DNA of 64,000 bases from Marsupella aquatica (lineage: Eukaryota > Plantae > Marchantiophyta): contig OZ316893.1 in the NCBI GenBank assembly GCA_973895155.1, forward strand, positions 27,848,210 to 27,912,209, read 5' to 3'. Below are positions 10,476 through 22,342 of this stretch, one piece after another. The position numbers were made by a program, and so were the translations under genes. Numbering within the stretch: position 1 is the first letter of the stretch; each line of letters starts with the position of its first letter. Under the pieces are notes generated by a model. That model was not told where the DNA came from. It made no database searches and saw only the letters and a list, made by a program, of their open reading frames with translations.

Positions 10476-12332
10476 CACTTGCATCATTCTGTGAATTTGG
10501 AAGGAACTTCCTGTGGGGTCCGTCATGAATTTTCTTTTTCAATATTTAGGTTAGATGTTTGAAATTTAACAACCAGGTTGACAAGTTTTCTTTTAGAACA
10601 ACTGGACAATCAAGATTTGTTTATTTATATTCATATTAGGAGGATTGGTTTGTCTTCACACTTTTGGTACAAAAATAAACATTAGGGTACTAGTTCACAC
10701 ACAAAATGGCTCCTGAATTTGTACAACTGACCTGTAAAAAAACAACTGTCTTGCCGGCAATGAAACTTCCCATCTTACTACTGTAGTAATGGAGAGTCAG
10801 ATAGGTACCATCAAGCAATGTAGCACAAATTGAGCCTGGCAAGCATCCCTGAAAGTCAGAAATTTTCTGGACCCGGTTTCAGATTCCTGTGTCCAGCTCG
10901 GTTTGCTTGATAACTGTAAGGGGGGCTTTACAATGCAAGACTGCAAGCGAGGGCAGTTTCCATTGTTTTTTTTTCATCTCTAAGATGTAATCTTAATCAT
11001 GCATTTGTGGAAACCACACAAGTTTTTCCCATCTCTAAGATGTAATCTTAATCGTGTATTTGTGGGAACCAGCCGCACTTAGTTGACTTTACAAGACTAC
11101 ATAGGCCCATTTCCCATATCTGATTCCCGATCCTACAATCATGCACAATATTGGGGCCCTTGTGGAATCCAATTTTTGAGGAGGTCTTTTTGCCGACGTG
11201 CGTACAGTACTAAGGCTACTTTTTGGGTCAGAGTTTGAGACAACCTCCTGAGTGTGGTGGTTTTTTTTTTGCATGTCTGGTGCGTGCATTGCTATTTTCA
11301 GGCTTGCTTTATTTAACTTTGTCTGTCCTGTCCTCACACAACTAGGCCCCATTTAATGTATTTTCTGTGCCCCCTCTGACTCTCAAAGTGGGCCTAGTTG
11401 ACTAACTTTAGACAATGAAACACCCCCCCCCTTTGCTTTGCATTAAAAGAGATTGAATGGCCCCGTGCTCAGATTGAATGTCCCTAAGAATACCCTAGAC
11501 AAACTTTATCCATCAAATCCGACAAGTGATACCTCTTCCCTCTTGAATTTGTTAGCTTTTGGGAAATCTGTCATGGTCAATTTTGGGGGTACCATATGGA
11601 GTACTAGGGTTTAGGGTTGTATATGACCGCCCGATAATTTTAAATAAAGTTATCTAACACCTAACATGTGATGACACATGGAGCTTGTCAAATAGAAAAC
11701 ATTATCCTTGTACTAACTAATTAAGTTCTTTAAAATGGTTCTCAAAAACAAATTAGAATATATTTCTATCCCACGTTCCAGGCTCAGTTTGGGCCACGTT
11801 CCAGTCTCAGTTTGGGCATTTTTTTTGTGCAAGAACTTGAGGCGCATTTGTGTTTAGCAACCGTACAATGTGAGTTTTAGGTGCAAATCATTCTGGAGTA
11901 TATAACACATGTCAAAGGCAAAAAATGTGAATTTTAGGTGCAAAGCTGGAGTATATAACACAATGTCAAAGGGCAAAAAATGCCAAACTGGGAGACATGG
12001 TCCCAATGGCAAAGAAGCCCCAATAAAGGGGGGGGGGGGGGGGGAGGGATAGGATGTTTTTTAAGTATGCCCTTAAACCCAATCAAACCACCCTATGGTT
12101 TGTCATTCCCTATAGGAGACTGTTCTCTTAGAGGCTACATTAATTCATACTGGTAAAAAAAATACCGGAAGATGTATCATCTTGACAGTCAGAGTTCACA
12201 GCATTACACGTGACGGAGTGTATCTTGGAAATCGCAGAACCCAAACACATGTAAACATTTTGAATCCTAAAATTTTAGGTCTTAAATAATACCGTTTTGC
12301 AGTCTCTTGGACTTAGCTATTAAAACACTAGA

Positions 12333-14386
12333 TTAATATTTATAGTCTTTCACGTAAAGGCTCTCAGATGCTCCTGCACTCGCTGAGTCTCCTTTGTATT
12401 TTCCCAAAGTTGCTTCCGAGTTTGCCTTTCCACGGATGAACAAAACTTTTTGTGCAGAAGCAATGTTCTTCTTTTCTCCGGCCCATGTTTTGAGAACAGT
12501 TTGTTGTAAAGCGCGGCCATATGAGAAAGTAAACGTCCAGGGTTTGACTGTGTCCAGAGCATTCATGGCATTCAGATTTACTGTTGCCTCTTCTTCACTT
12601 TGCCCACCAGAGAGGAAGCAAACTCCTGGTACTGCGGGAGGGACAGTTCTCTGAAGTGCGCGCACTGTATACTTGGCAATGACCTCAGGTGTGACCTTTG
12701 GAGCGTCTGCACCTGGCGTAACCATGTTAGGCTTCAGCAGAGTTCCTTCCAACAAAACATGTTGTTCGTTTAAGGCTTTATAACAAGCAGCAAGAACCCG
12801 TTCTGTCACTTCTGCACATTTTCTAATGTCATGAGACCCATCTACTAAAATTTCGGGTTCCACAATTGGAACAAGTCCATTTTCTTGACATATTATGGCA
12901 TATCGTGCCAAGCCTTGAGCATTTTGCTGGATTGACAGTTCCGACGGCTCACTGATCCCAATTTTCAACACAGCTCTCCACTTTGCAAATCGAGCTCCAG
13001 CTTGATAGTATTGTTGACAGCGACCAGCGAGACCATCATGACCTTGTGTGGTCGTCTCTCCATTGGTACCAGCTAACTCAACTGTGCCCTTGTCAACCTT
13101 GATTCCTGTGAGAACTCCTCCTTCTTCCAAAAGTTTCACAAATGGCTTGCCACCTGTTGTTTTCTGGTAGAGAGTCTCCTCGAACATAATGACCCCGCAG
13201 AAAAACTGATGGGTATTAGGTGCAGTGAACAACAATTCACGATACGCTTGTCTGTTAGCTTCCACATTTTCAACATTGATGCCTGCAAACCGTTTCCCTA
13301 TCGTTGTGGTGCTCTCATCTGCAGCCAAGATTCCTTTTCCAGGTGTCGATAGATAGTTTGCTGTCTTTATCAGCTCGTCTGCACCAAAGATCAAAGCATG
13401 TTGCAATGATTACGGTTGCCATGAGATCAAATTCAACTGCATTGAGATCCGTGGAGTAGAAGGTTTCAGCGCGACATTCAGCAGCATCTCCTCTTGAAAG
13501 TAGGAAAAATAGAGAAAAGCACAACTATAGCAGGAAAGCCATTTCGTTTTTCCTGCTGATTACAGAGATTTGCGTTTAGAAGATTGCAAGTGCAACCGAG
13601 TCTACTGTCAACAGTGCTTCGTGTCCTCCATCTAACTCTGAAAATGAAATTAAAAAACAATTGAATGGCTCTAAATGACTAATTCCCTGAGCAGTTCTAG
13701 CCCTAGTCTCATCCTACCCCGAATGTTGGTTTAAACATTGGTTCAAGAGTAGATTTTGTAAGCTTATATATTCATCATACGCTCAAGTTTAATTAGTAAG
13801 ATGAGCAATTGATGGAAAGTTAACACCCTTTTCATTCGTTTTGATTCCAATGTACAAAGAACATTATTTACACCACTCAGTAATCCCACAAATACAGCAC
13901 AGCGCAAAAGAGAGAGAAGATCAGACGAAGTGGCAGTGCGCACCGCATTTCCAGCAAGTGTGCCGGTGTTGGCCACCACTGTCTACACAATAAAAGAACA
14001 CACAAGTACCGTAGTGACAAAAGGATTCGAAAAAAAAGGAGGAAAGTTTGAACATGTGTCCTAGTGCCGGCAAGGTAATCTTCGCCGTTGATTTGTTAAA
14101 ATCAATGATCAAGATCACAGGATTCTAACTTATTTCCATTGCTTCTAGAGCTCAAATGTTGTGACATAACAAATTTCATCGAGAGAATCCTTTTGTCACT
14201 ACAGTACATTGCACAGAACATACATGTGGAACATCAACGACTTCAGGTGAGACTAATTTGCACGTTTTGTCACTCGTCACCGCTGGCTATGATTAAGCTA
14301 ATTAAACATGTCATCAGAAATGAAGGAAGTACAATTTGGTATGGCATTGTGGCATTACCAGCATACTTCCCGGTGTAGGCTGACAT
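12333..14386 (-). CDS. FBA: Fructose-bisphosphate aldolase class I, cytosolic; exons 14386-14359 and 13378-12333 (357 aa)
   Basis: [22 protein letters not shown], Schiff-base [18 protein letters not shown] and C-terminal Tyr. The true start is a 28-nt exon (MSAYTGKYA) joined by a 980-nt GT-AG intron. No transit peptide. Confidence 0.97.
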
Positions 14387-14587
14387 TGTCGCCCACGTTG
14401 ATTTCGTGAACTCTTTCTTGGATTTAGAGTTGAGCTAACTGTAGTGTGCCTTGAGAGGAGAACTGATCCTTCGCTGGTTTCTTCTCAAGGACTGCTTTAG
14501 ATTCTAAGTGAGTACGCAAATTTGCATGCCCAACCGCTGGGAGCCATGCATGCCACTAAGCAATCGCTTTTCGGTTGAAGCGTATAT

Positions 14588-14797
14588 CACTAGAGGACCC
14601 AAATTTTCGTAATGTCCTGTCAACACGCAGTGAACTACTGTTAGTATATTTCCTCACTAGAGGACCCAAATCTTCGTAATGTCCTGTCATTCAAGACGCG
14701 GTGAACTACTGTTAGTATATTTCCTCACTAGAGAACCCAAATCTTCGAAATGTCCTGTCATTCAAGACGCGGTGAACTACTGTTAGTATATTTTCCA
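14588..14797 (+). repeat. Three-copy tandem repeat of about 70 bp upstream of FBA
   Basis: Unit CACTAGAGGACCCAAATCTTCGTAATGTCCTGTCA...GTGAACTACTGTTAGTATATTTCCT, nearly identical copies. Confidence 0.9.
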
Positions 14798-16369
14798 CAG
14801 GAAAAATTTCATCCAACCCAGATACCCGAGCATGTGCAATACAATTCCCAGCTACTGAAAGCTTCAAATCATGACCGGTTGCAATGTGACAGCACTTTCA
14901 TACATCCTCTTTTCTTGCACACAACTACGAGTCGCAGCTGCAGCCAGGTGCACCGATATACCCAATGTAAGAAGCCATTCCAGGTATAACTACAATCAAG
15001 AAACTAGTGTCTACAAATTTTTAAATTCTACAGATGGCGCCCGAAATGGCGTGAAGCTTTCGGTAACGTTACTTGGCATTGGCACACGAAAGATCACGAA
15101 GAATTTTCACTATCGCTGCATAGCAGTGCAGGATACCCCTTAGTAACCAACAACTTCGTGTTCCTCTGCTAGAACAGAATCCATAGAGATTCAAAATTAT
15201 TGTGGGAAGGACTGGGGGATGGGGGGGCTGGAGAGAAGGCTTTATAGATTTATAGATAGAATTCAAGATCTGTTGTTAGGAGAGAAATTCTGGACCTTTT
15301 CTAGAGGTTTCTAGACTAATCGACTTTGACGAAACCTTGACGTTGAAGGATTGTTAGACATAAACGCAAAAATTCAAATATTTCTGAAACGTCATTACGT
15401 TCCCACCTATGAATCTCAAATCCACTAAGAGCAACGACCAAAACAGATGTAATCGCAAATCAGGCCGCTCATCATGTAGGGGAAACTATTACATCATCCT
15501 AGAGGGAAACAATAGTTACTATGAAGTCGTTCACAAAACAACGCTTACGCAAGTATATGAATGTTCTCTAAAATCAAGTCGTATTTACAATCAGCAATAA
15601 ACATTAATATAGAGAAAACATATTTATGGATAAAAATAATCTTAGGATTTAAGGCACATAAGATGGATATTTTTGAAAGCAATGGATGAGTTGGCAAGAC
15701 AGGCCCCGTCTAACTTTCAAGGATCACTAGTTAAAATTCATAGGCACATTCAAGCTAGCAACGAGATTCGACTATTGCAGACCTTTGCATTTAAATGCTA
15801 GTTTCTTTCACAGATGTTTTAATGTTGTAGGTAAGTCATAAATCCAATCCTATATCATGTAATAAACACTGTTGTCAATTGCTTTACAACAACTGGACTC
15901 ATTTTCCCAGATCCTGAATTGGTCATTCAATTGAAATAACGTTGTCTTTGGATTGCATTTCAATTTTCCCTTCAAGGTTCATCATGACGATTGATTGTGA
16001 TGAACAATTTTAAGTACTTTTTCTGATGTAGAGTCTAGTTTGCAGACTATATTTCATAAATATTTTCCCACACTAAGGAGTCAATCATGGTTGCTTGGGG
16101 TCAGAATCACACAGTTGAAGTAGGGTTGGAGCTACACCCAACTTGTGAGCAAGTGTAGAATGGCATTGTCTCTTCTGCAGGAAAATTTTCCAACTGGACT
16201 AAATTCAAATTTAATAGCCACATCATTTACCCAAGTAACTATTCTAGATCTGGATGGTGATCAAAGAATGGTTACTCAATCTGTAGTAATGGCAATCTCT
16301 ATGTTGATTTCTTCAAGTTAATACAACTTGGTGAGGTCACATGGAGGAAACACCAACAAATTTGACCTT

Positions 16370-16530
16370 CATCAAGATGACAATTGTTGATGTTGTGACA
16401 ATTTAAGCGAAACGTCTTATGAAGGTGGCGACTATTGATTTTGTGACAATTCAAGTGAATCGCCGCATCAAGGTGACAACTGTTGATGTTGTGACTGGGG
16501 TTGTGACAATTAATTTAAGTGAAACGTCAC
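16370..16530 (+). repeat. Degenerate tandem repeat of about 50 bp (3 copies)
   Basis: Recurrent AAG.TGACAA.TGTTGATGTTGTGACAATT.AAG.GAA. Confidence 0.6.
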
Positions 16531-17326
16531 ATTTAGGAGTTTGCGATTAACGAGTAAGGTACATTTACATAGCATGACCTGAAACGAGATTTCAATAGAT
16601 GTCTTTTGTCCGTGGTCTCTCTTCAAGTTCAAAGCCTCTCAGATCTAAAAGTCAGATATATTGCTTAGTGACTATATAGTGGTGCAGTGCCTTGGATTTT
16701 CACCCTTAATTGCACATGATATAAGTTTTAAGTATGCATATTGCTAGGATTGATTAGTCTTTTCCAGCTTTTTACTAACCTGGCCCGCAAACAAAATCCC
16801 TGCCTCCCATTTTTTAATTTTTTAATTTCCAGTAAAACTGACAAAAACCCATAGGATCAAAGGGGGCCACAAAAGGCAACATATATAGATTGAAGCGCAC
16901 CCAGAGCAGGGTCACACAGCAGTCTCTACCCCACTAGGCCTAAAGCAAAGAGTGGGGGACGTGCAAAAAAACCAAGAATGATGTCATGTTCAAGTGCACT
17001 ACCAGTCATGGACAGGTCGGAGCAAACCATGAAAAGCTTCTACTCAGTATGTTCATGAGCCCAAAGCTGTCAGTACCAGTTAATCTAGAATCTGAAACAG
17101 CAAGACAATAAAGCCTTAGCTGCTATTAATGTAGCATGAGGTCATCTTGAAGCGTACTCAGCACATAGTAGACATCTGTCCACTACTGACTCAACGCCCT
17201 TTGCAAGATTGACAAGTTTAAAGGTAATTATGCTTGTCATCGTACACTAAAAAGCCACAAGCAAACAAACAATTGAGCAATCAATATGTACGGAGACAAT
17301 CAATACCAGCATTATATCTTAGAAAG

Positions 17327-17720
17327 TGTTCCTAGGCATTTACTCTTAGGTCTAGGGTTACAATTTTAACCGTAGTTAGGGCTGACCTTAGTTGTGGACT
17401 AGGTTAGGTTAACTAGATTGCACACTATATCCCAACCAGTGTTTGCGTGGATAAAAGGAACTCTGCCCAGCAAGGCTCATTATTACGAAGAGCTAGGGAG
17501 CTCATTATTACGGAGTCAGTTGAAAGATACTAGGGAGATCTTGAATGTATTGCAGAGACTCGATATCAACGGCAGACGGGCCTAGAATGCAGTAAAGCTC
17601 TTGTGTGTTCCCGTGGATGTAGCCTAAGTAGCTTGGTTGAACCACATATCTCTTTGTGTTGACTACTTATGCATTGGATGATAATAGGCTTGTCGTTGTG
17701 AATGTCATTTTTGCTTAACA
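17327..17720 (+). mobile_element. Solo LTR, diverged member of the 345-bp family
   Basis: TGTT...TAACA termini, flanks GAAAG/AAAAG (TSD with one mismatch). Shares GGCCTAGA.TGCAGTAAAGCTCTTGT.TGTTCCCGTGGA.GTAGCC...GAACCAC with 39161-39505. Confidence 0.8.
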
Positions 17721-17869
17721 AAAAGGCCCACCACCTTTGTAACCGTGGACATGAACCCATAAGATCACCATTGTACATAAATCCACAATTACCACCATAT
17801 AGCTCTAGTGCATTCTTAAATAATGGAGTGACAAAAACAACCACTACTATCTCAACAAAGTAACAAAAT

Positions 17870-18880
17870 ATCTTTGTCAAAAAGTGGCATGAAGACACCC
17901 TTCTGAAGATTGGAGTGAGAATAGAGTATTAATACTCACCATTGTGGAACAATTGTATGGCTTATCCCAAACAACTTCAACAGCTCTCAAATATTAAGGA
18001 AATAGCTCAAAAGAAGATTCCACCAATTGAAAGCAACTTGAGAACTAAAGGCACACAATCCATTACTACATCTTTACCCCTAGGCTGCATGAAGGACCCC
18101 TTCAGAAAATTGCCAGAATTATAATAATATGGTCATCATTGTGGACTAAATTAATGCACAACGCACCTGCGGATCGATGACTTTGCCCTGTCTCAAACAT
18201 TAAGGGATCGGAAGAACTTGTAAAACAGAAAGCACTCAAAGAACAATCTTCATAAAGTCACTCAAGAAATTAGTAAATCTTTGTACCGGTATGTGGCATG
18301 AAGATGCCATTTAGAGGATTGACAGATTCATACTAATGTGCTCATCATTGTGGACTAAAGGCATGATTGACCCAAAAGTGACCTCATTGAGGGTCTCAAA
18401 CACTGAGGGACAAATTCTATTGGGGTCTCACTATATGGAGGCTTCCCCATCACCTGCAACATTTTTAGGCCTCAGACCCCCTAAAATGTAAGAAAAAAAT
18501 ATTTTTTAAACCCCTAATATAAAGTTAGAGTATTCCAAAATTTTGGTTAGAAGGACCCCAATGTTCTTGTAAGTCTCAAAATTGGATTTAAAAGGCCATA
18601 TTGTTTTCTAAGAAAATTCTTTAAGTCTTCCCTTTGAACCAATCTCGGAACCAATAAAATGGTCATATCTTTGTCGTACGTGATATGCCATTTTTGTGGA
18701 TTCAAAGTGAAACCCCCGAGAAAATTCATAAGAAGCAACAAAATGAATGCACAGAACTTCCATGAGAGACTCCACACATCAATGAGTCCTAACTTGTCTA
18801 CAATGGCCCCGACAATGGCATGAAGATGTTCAGAGGATTGACACATTTGCAATAGTATCCTCATCATTGTACAAAATACA
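17870..18880 (+). repeat. Old tandem array of about 200-bp units (4 units) interrupted by a dispersed repeat
   Basis: GCATGAAG...ATTG...CATTGT cores at about 17886, 18086, 18296 and 18816. The last spacing is lengthened by the 18422-18700 insert. Confidence 0.55.
18422..18700 (+). repeat. Dispersed repeat (probable MITE or DNA-transposon end), copy 2
   Basis: Colinear with 9859-10142. Confidence 0.75.
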
Positions 18881-19934
18881 TCAGTCACATGAAATGCCTA
18901 TAGACGGCCTAGTAGAAGACCTCCAGTAGGCTCCAAGAAAATTGAGCCACACATCAAAAGTGAATACTTACTACTGTCTAGCACAACACCTCAAGGAGGC
19001 TCTCTCTTGTGCTTCTTACCAGCGTGATCGAGTCCATCAGTGGAAAATTTTTAAAAATCTGGATAGTCAATGTGAGTCGATTGGTGCCTTGATCCGTGCA
19101 CAATTTCAAAAGGAAATGTATTGAGACCCTAAATCATTTCCCTTGATCCCCTTCTAATTTCCCCAAAAACAAAAACCAGACAACTGTTCAACCAATTCTG
19201 GGCCCTTTTTGACATAAACTCAAGTTGAGTGACCACTTCACCAATGCCCATCCACTTTTAAAATATGTATTTTTCTTTGGATACCTCTACCCAACAGGTC
19301 TGCAGATATGCCCAGTGACTATGTCATGCTTGTGATTCCGACCCTCCAACTCACACATATTAAATGAACAAAATTTCACTCATGTTGAATCTGCAGATCC
19401 GGACACTAAAAATCAAGACACAATATCAATGCTCTAGCATTGTGGGTGGGATTGTTGGTCCAATGGTTGTGGAAAGGATGCTCAAATAGGTCAAACACAA
19501 GTTGTAATGAGATTTTCATACTGAAGGCAAGAACCAAAGAGAAGAGTTGAACAATATTCCCAATTGTGAAATCCATGAGTCAGTTGATATCAATTGTCAC
19601 ATCAAAGAGGCAACTAACATGCTGACAAAGGCAAAGAAAATAAGGAGCACAATGCAAACAAAGGGCAACATCCGGAAAGCGCCATCCTAAGCATGAGTGG
19701 CAAGTGCCAACAAGCAAAGGGCAATCATGGTGAGTGCAAGTGACAAGCACTGACGGGCAAAGGACAATGAAATGATAGTAGGACAAGCAAGAAAGTAATG
19801 CACAGAGGTCATCAAAGGGCGCATACATGTACGTGAGCAGGTTGCCTGCATTTGTTATCTAGGTTGAGCTAATTACAGTCTCGTAGTTACATGAGCCTCA
19901 CCTTCCTGCTCACCTAATGGTTGTTGGCCGTATT

Positions 19935-20280
19935 GAGCCTCACCTTGATACTGTTTTATCAGCCCCACATCTTTGCCTCACCTCAATATCTAAACTCACC
20001 TTACCCACTTTGGCCTTGCCTTGACATCTTTGTCTTGCCTTAACATCTTTGCCTTGCCTTAACATCTAATTTTTCCTCAACATCTTTGCCGCACCCCAAC
20101 ATCTTTGCCTCACCTTGACATCTTTCCCTCACATCAAGATTGTTCCCTTGTCTCAACATCATGCCCTTGCCTCAATATCTTTCCCTCACCTTGACATCTT
20201 GCCTCACCTCAACATCTTCCCCTTGCCTTCATTGACATCTTCCCTCTCCTCAACTCTTGCCTTCATCTCAAAATCTTTCA
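19935..20280 (+). repeat. Degenerate minisatellite of about 19 bp (CCTTGACATCTTTGCCTCA-like)
   Basis: Many tandem variants of cctYRacatcttYgcctYR. The same unit recurs at 27595-28320 (reverse) and 60760-61610. Confidence 0.8.
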
Positions 20281-20323
20281 TGCAATGCACAGGCAGCAGG
20301 CTAGTTTCATACATAATTTATGA

Positions 20324-20962
20324 TGTCTGAACTAAGGGTTCCGGGTACTATAGGCGCATTGGGGGCAAACAAGCCAAGCATGGGCTTGGGCGGAAGATGT
20401 CAGGGACCAAAAAATAGGGAGCTTGCAAGTAGAGGGCGTTGACGGGCGTGCAGACCAGCAATGATGGACACACGGCGCTTGTGGAGGGTGTCGACCTTCA
20501 GAGGCATGGGAGGGATTGTCCCCTGGACCCCCAGGGGGGGAGAACAATGAAGTTACTAGAAGGATGAGGGCCAAATGATTGCTCGAGGTGAATTTCCATG
20601 CGTTGTCACCTGAAATAATTAGTCAGGCTCTTTACTAAAGAGTAATGTGCTCTGGTAACTATGCAATATCTTGCGCGTTAGTTTTTTCTTTATCAGCTTG
20701 CGCAATGTGAGAGCCAGGCGGAGCAAGCCAGGCAAGCTCTGGTAGATGACTTGGTGCCATGCACCTTGCAATGTTGTGGGGGTTCTTTGTCAATCTTTGT
20801 CCTGCCTTGGAAGGAACTGGATGCCAATTGAATGTTTCTTTTGCTTCTAAGTTATATATAATACTCTCTGCCTAGCTTTGAGGGGAGCGACAATTGGTAT
20901 TGGTTAATAAAGCAGGTTGAGCAGCAGTGGACAGGTTTCTCTGTGGCTGCTGTTTGCAGAAA
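20324..20962 (+). mobile_element. Probable old solo LTR (second family)
   Basis: TGTCTG start and CAGAAA end (imperfect inverted termini), TATATATA at about 20853 and AATAAA at about 20905. No clear TSD. Confidence 0.4.
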
Positions 20963-21269
20963 TCTATAGTTTAGATTCTTTGGGTTCTACCCTCTGATGA
21001 AGAGGAAAGCATTTGTGCCTTCTAGGCTCTAATCTTAGTTGGAGATTAGTTCCAGTTGTGCATGGTGAGGTGGAGGAGTAGAGGGCAGTGCTGGTCGAGA
21101 TAGCCAAATTGTGCACTACTGAGAAATCTCTGCCAAAAAAATTGCCAAGGGCACAGATTTGGATTTTTTGTGATGGTTTTACTGAGTTTTCTGGCACAGG
21201 GTGTAAGATGGTTTAGGGTTTAAACCAGTGGAAAATAGTGCAAATTATCATAGGGATACAATGGAATGG

Positions 21270-21652
21270 GGGTGATGGTTGATGTTTGGCGCCATGCCAT
21301 TGGGTTGCGTTTGGACTCCAGGTTATTTAGGGTTTTCCTGCTGGTGCCGCCTTGTTGGCCCCAGTTGGGAATCTGGGTTCTTTAGGTTGCTTAGTCTGGT
21401 GGTGCTGTGGAGATGCACGGCTCCTTGGCTTTTTCCTCTATCTTGTTCTGTTCTGTTCTGTTCTGTTCTGGTCCCTTTGTGGATAGATTCTGATTGTGGG
21501 CTCATCCACTGATTCGCTTTGGGCTTTGTTTTGCTATCACTTACCCTTCCTCCTGTTTGGCCCCCGGTGGGAGTTGTCTTGCTGTTACACCCTTTATGGA
21601 CTGTTTGCTTCCCTTCATCTGTGGGGTTTTGCAGAATTAATAAATAATAAAG
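21270..21652 (+). mobile_element. Probable LINE 3' end fragment
   Basis: G/T-rich body with (TTCTG)n, ending in the A-rich tail AATTAATAAATAATAAAGAA. Confidence 0.35.
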
Positions 21653-22342
21653 AACATTCTTCAAGAAAATTGCACATGCACTTCTCAGGAGATCTTTGCC
21701 TACATATAGCCACCAAATGTTTCCAGACTAGTAACCCTAATACCACAACAAACATTGTGGCACTGGAAGCAAGGTGACAGTGTCCTGCAGTTTAGGTGCT
21801 GACTGGACTGCTTTGAAATAACATGTCCTTGCTCCGGATATGTGCATGGTTCTGAAGGAAAGGTAAGTTGTGCTAAATTATCCTGTTGTGACTTCAAAAT
21901 GTGACATGAGGCCGGAAATTTGAAATTGACTTCACATACGACCCTTTAAAGATAGGCACAAAATTTGACACCCTTTACGCTGTGAGAAGCAAAGTTACGG
22001 TACCGAGGGTAGGAAACAATAAACGACGTTGACCTGTGTTTTTGCCTTTCATCACTCCGACTGATCAGGATAACGTCATTTGTGGGACTATTCAGTTGTT
22101 TCAATTTGCGGACTACACTACTCGGACTGCTCAGGGTATTTGGAATCTTGAACACTATCCACCATTACTGGACGAGAACGCACCTTCCAAGCCAATGCAC
22201 GTGCTCAACTGAGGATACTCAGACCAGTCATGGATCATGGAGCTGTAAGAAGCTGATCACATCTTTCAAACTTGACAAGCAGGAAAGGATGACACTTTTA
22301 TTTCAAGATCGGAAGAAAAATTATTACTTCATTGGTGATTAA

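Noticed and set aside
12028-12044. Poly-G run, potential G-quadruplex downstream of FBA
   Set aside because: A simple homopolymer whose length is error-prone, with no supporting context.
14588-14797. Possible CRISPR array
   Set aside because: The whole unit is repeated, with no variable spacers.
15745-15815. Faint tRNA-like sequence on the minus strand
   Set aside because: The B-box is degenerate and there is no A-box or cloverleaf, so it is too weak to call.
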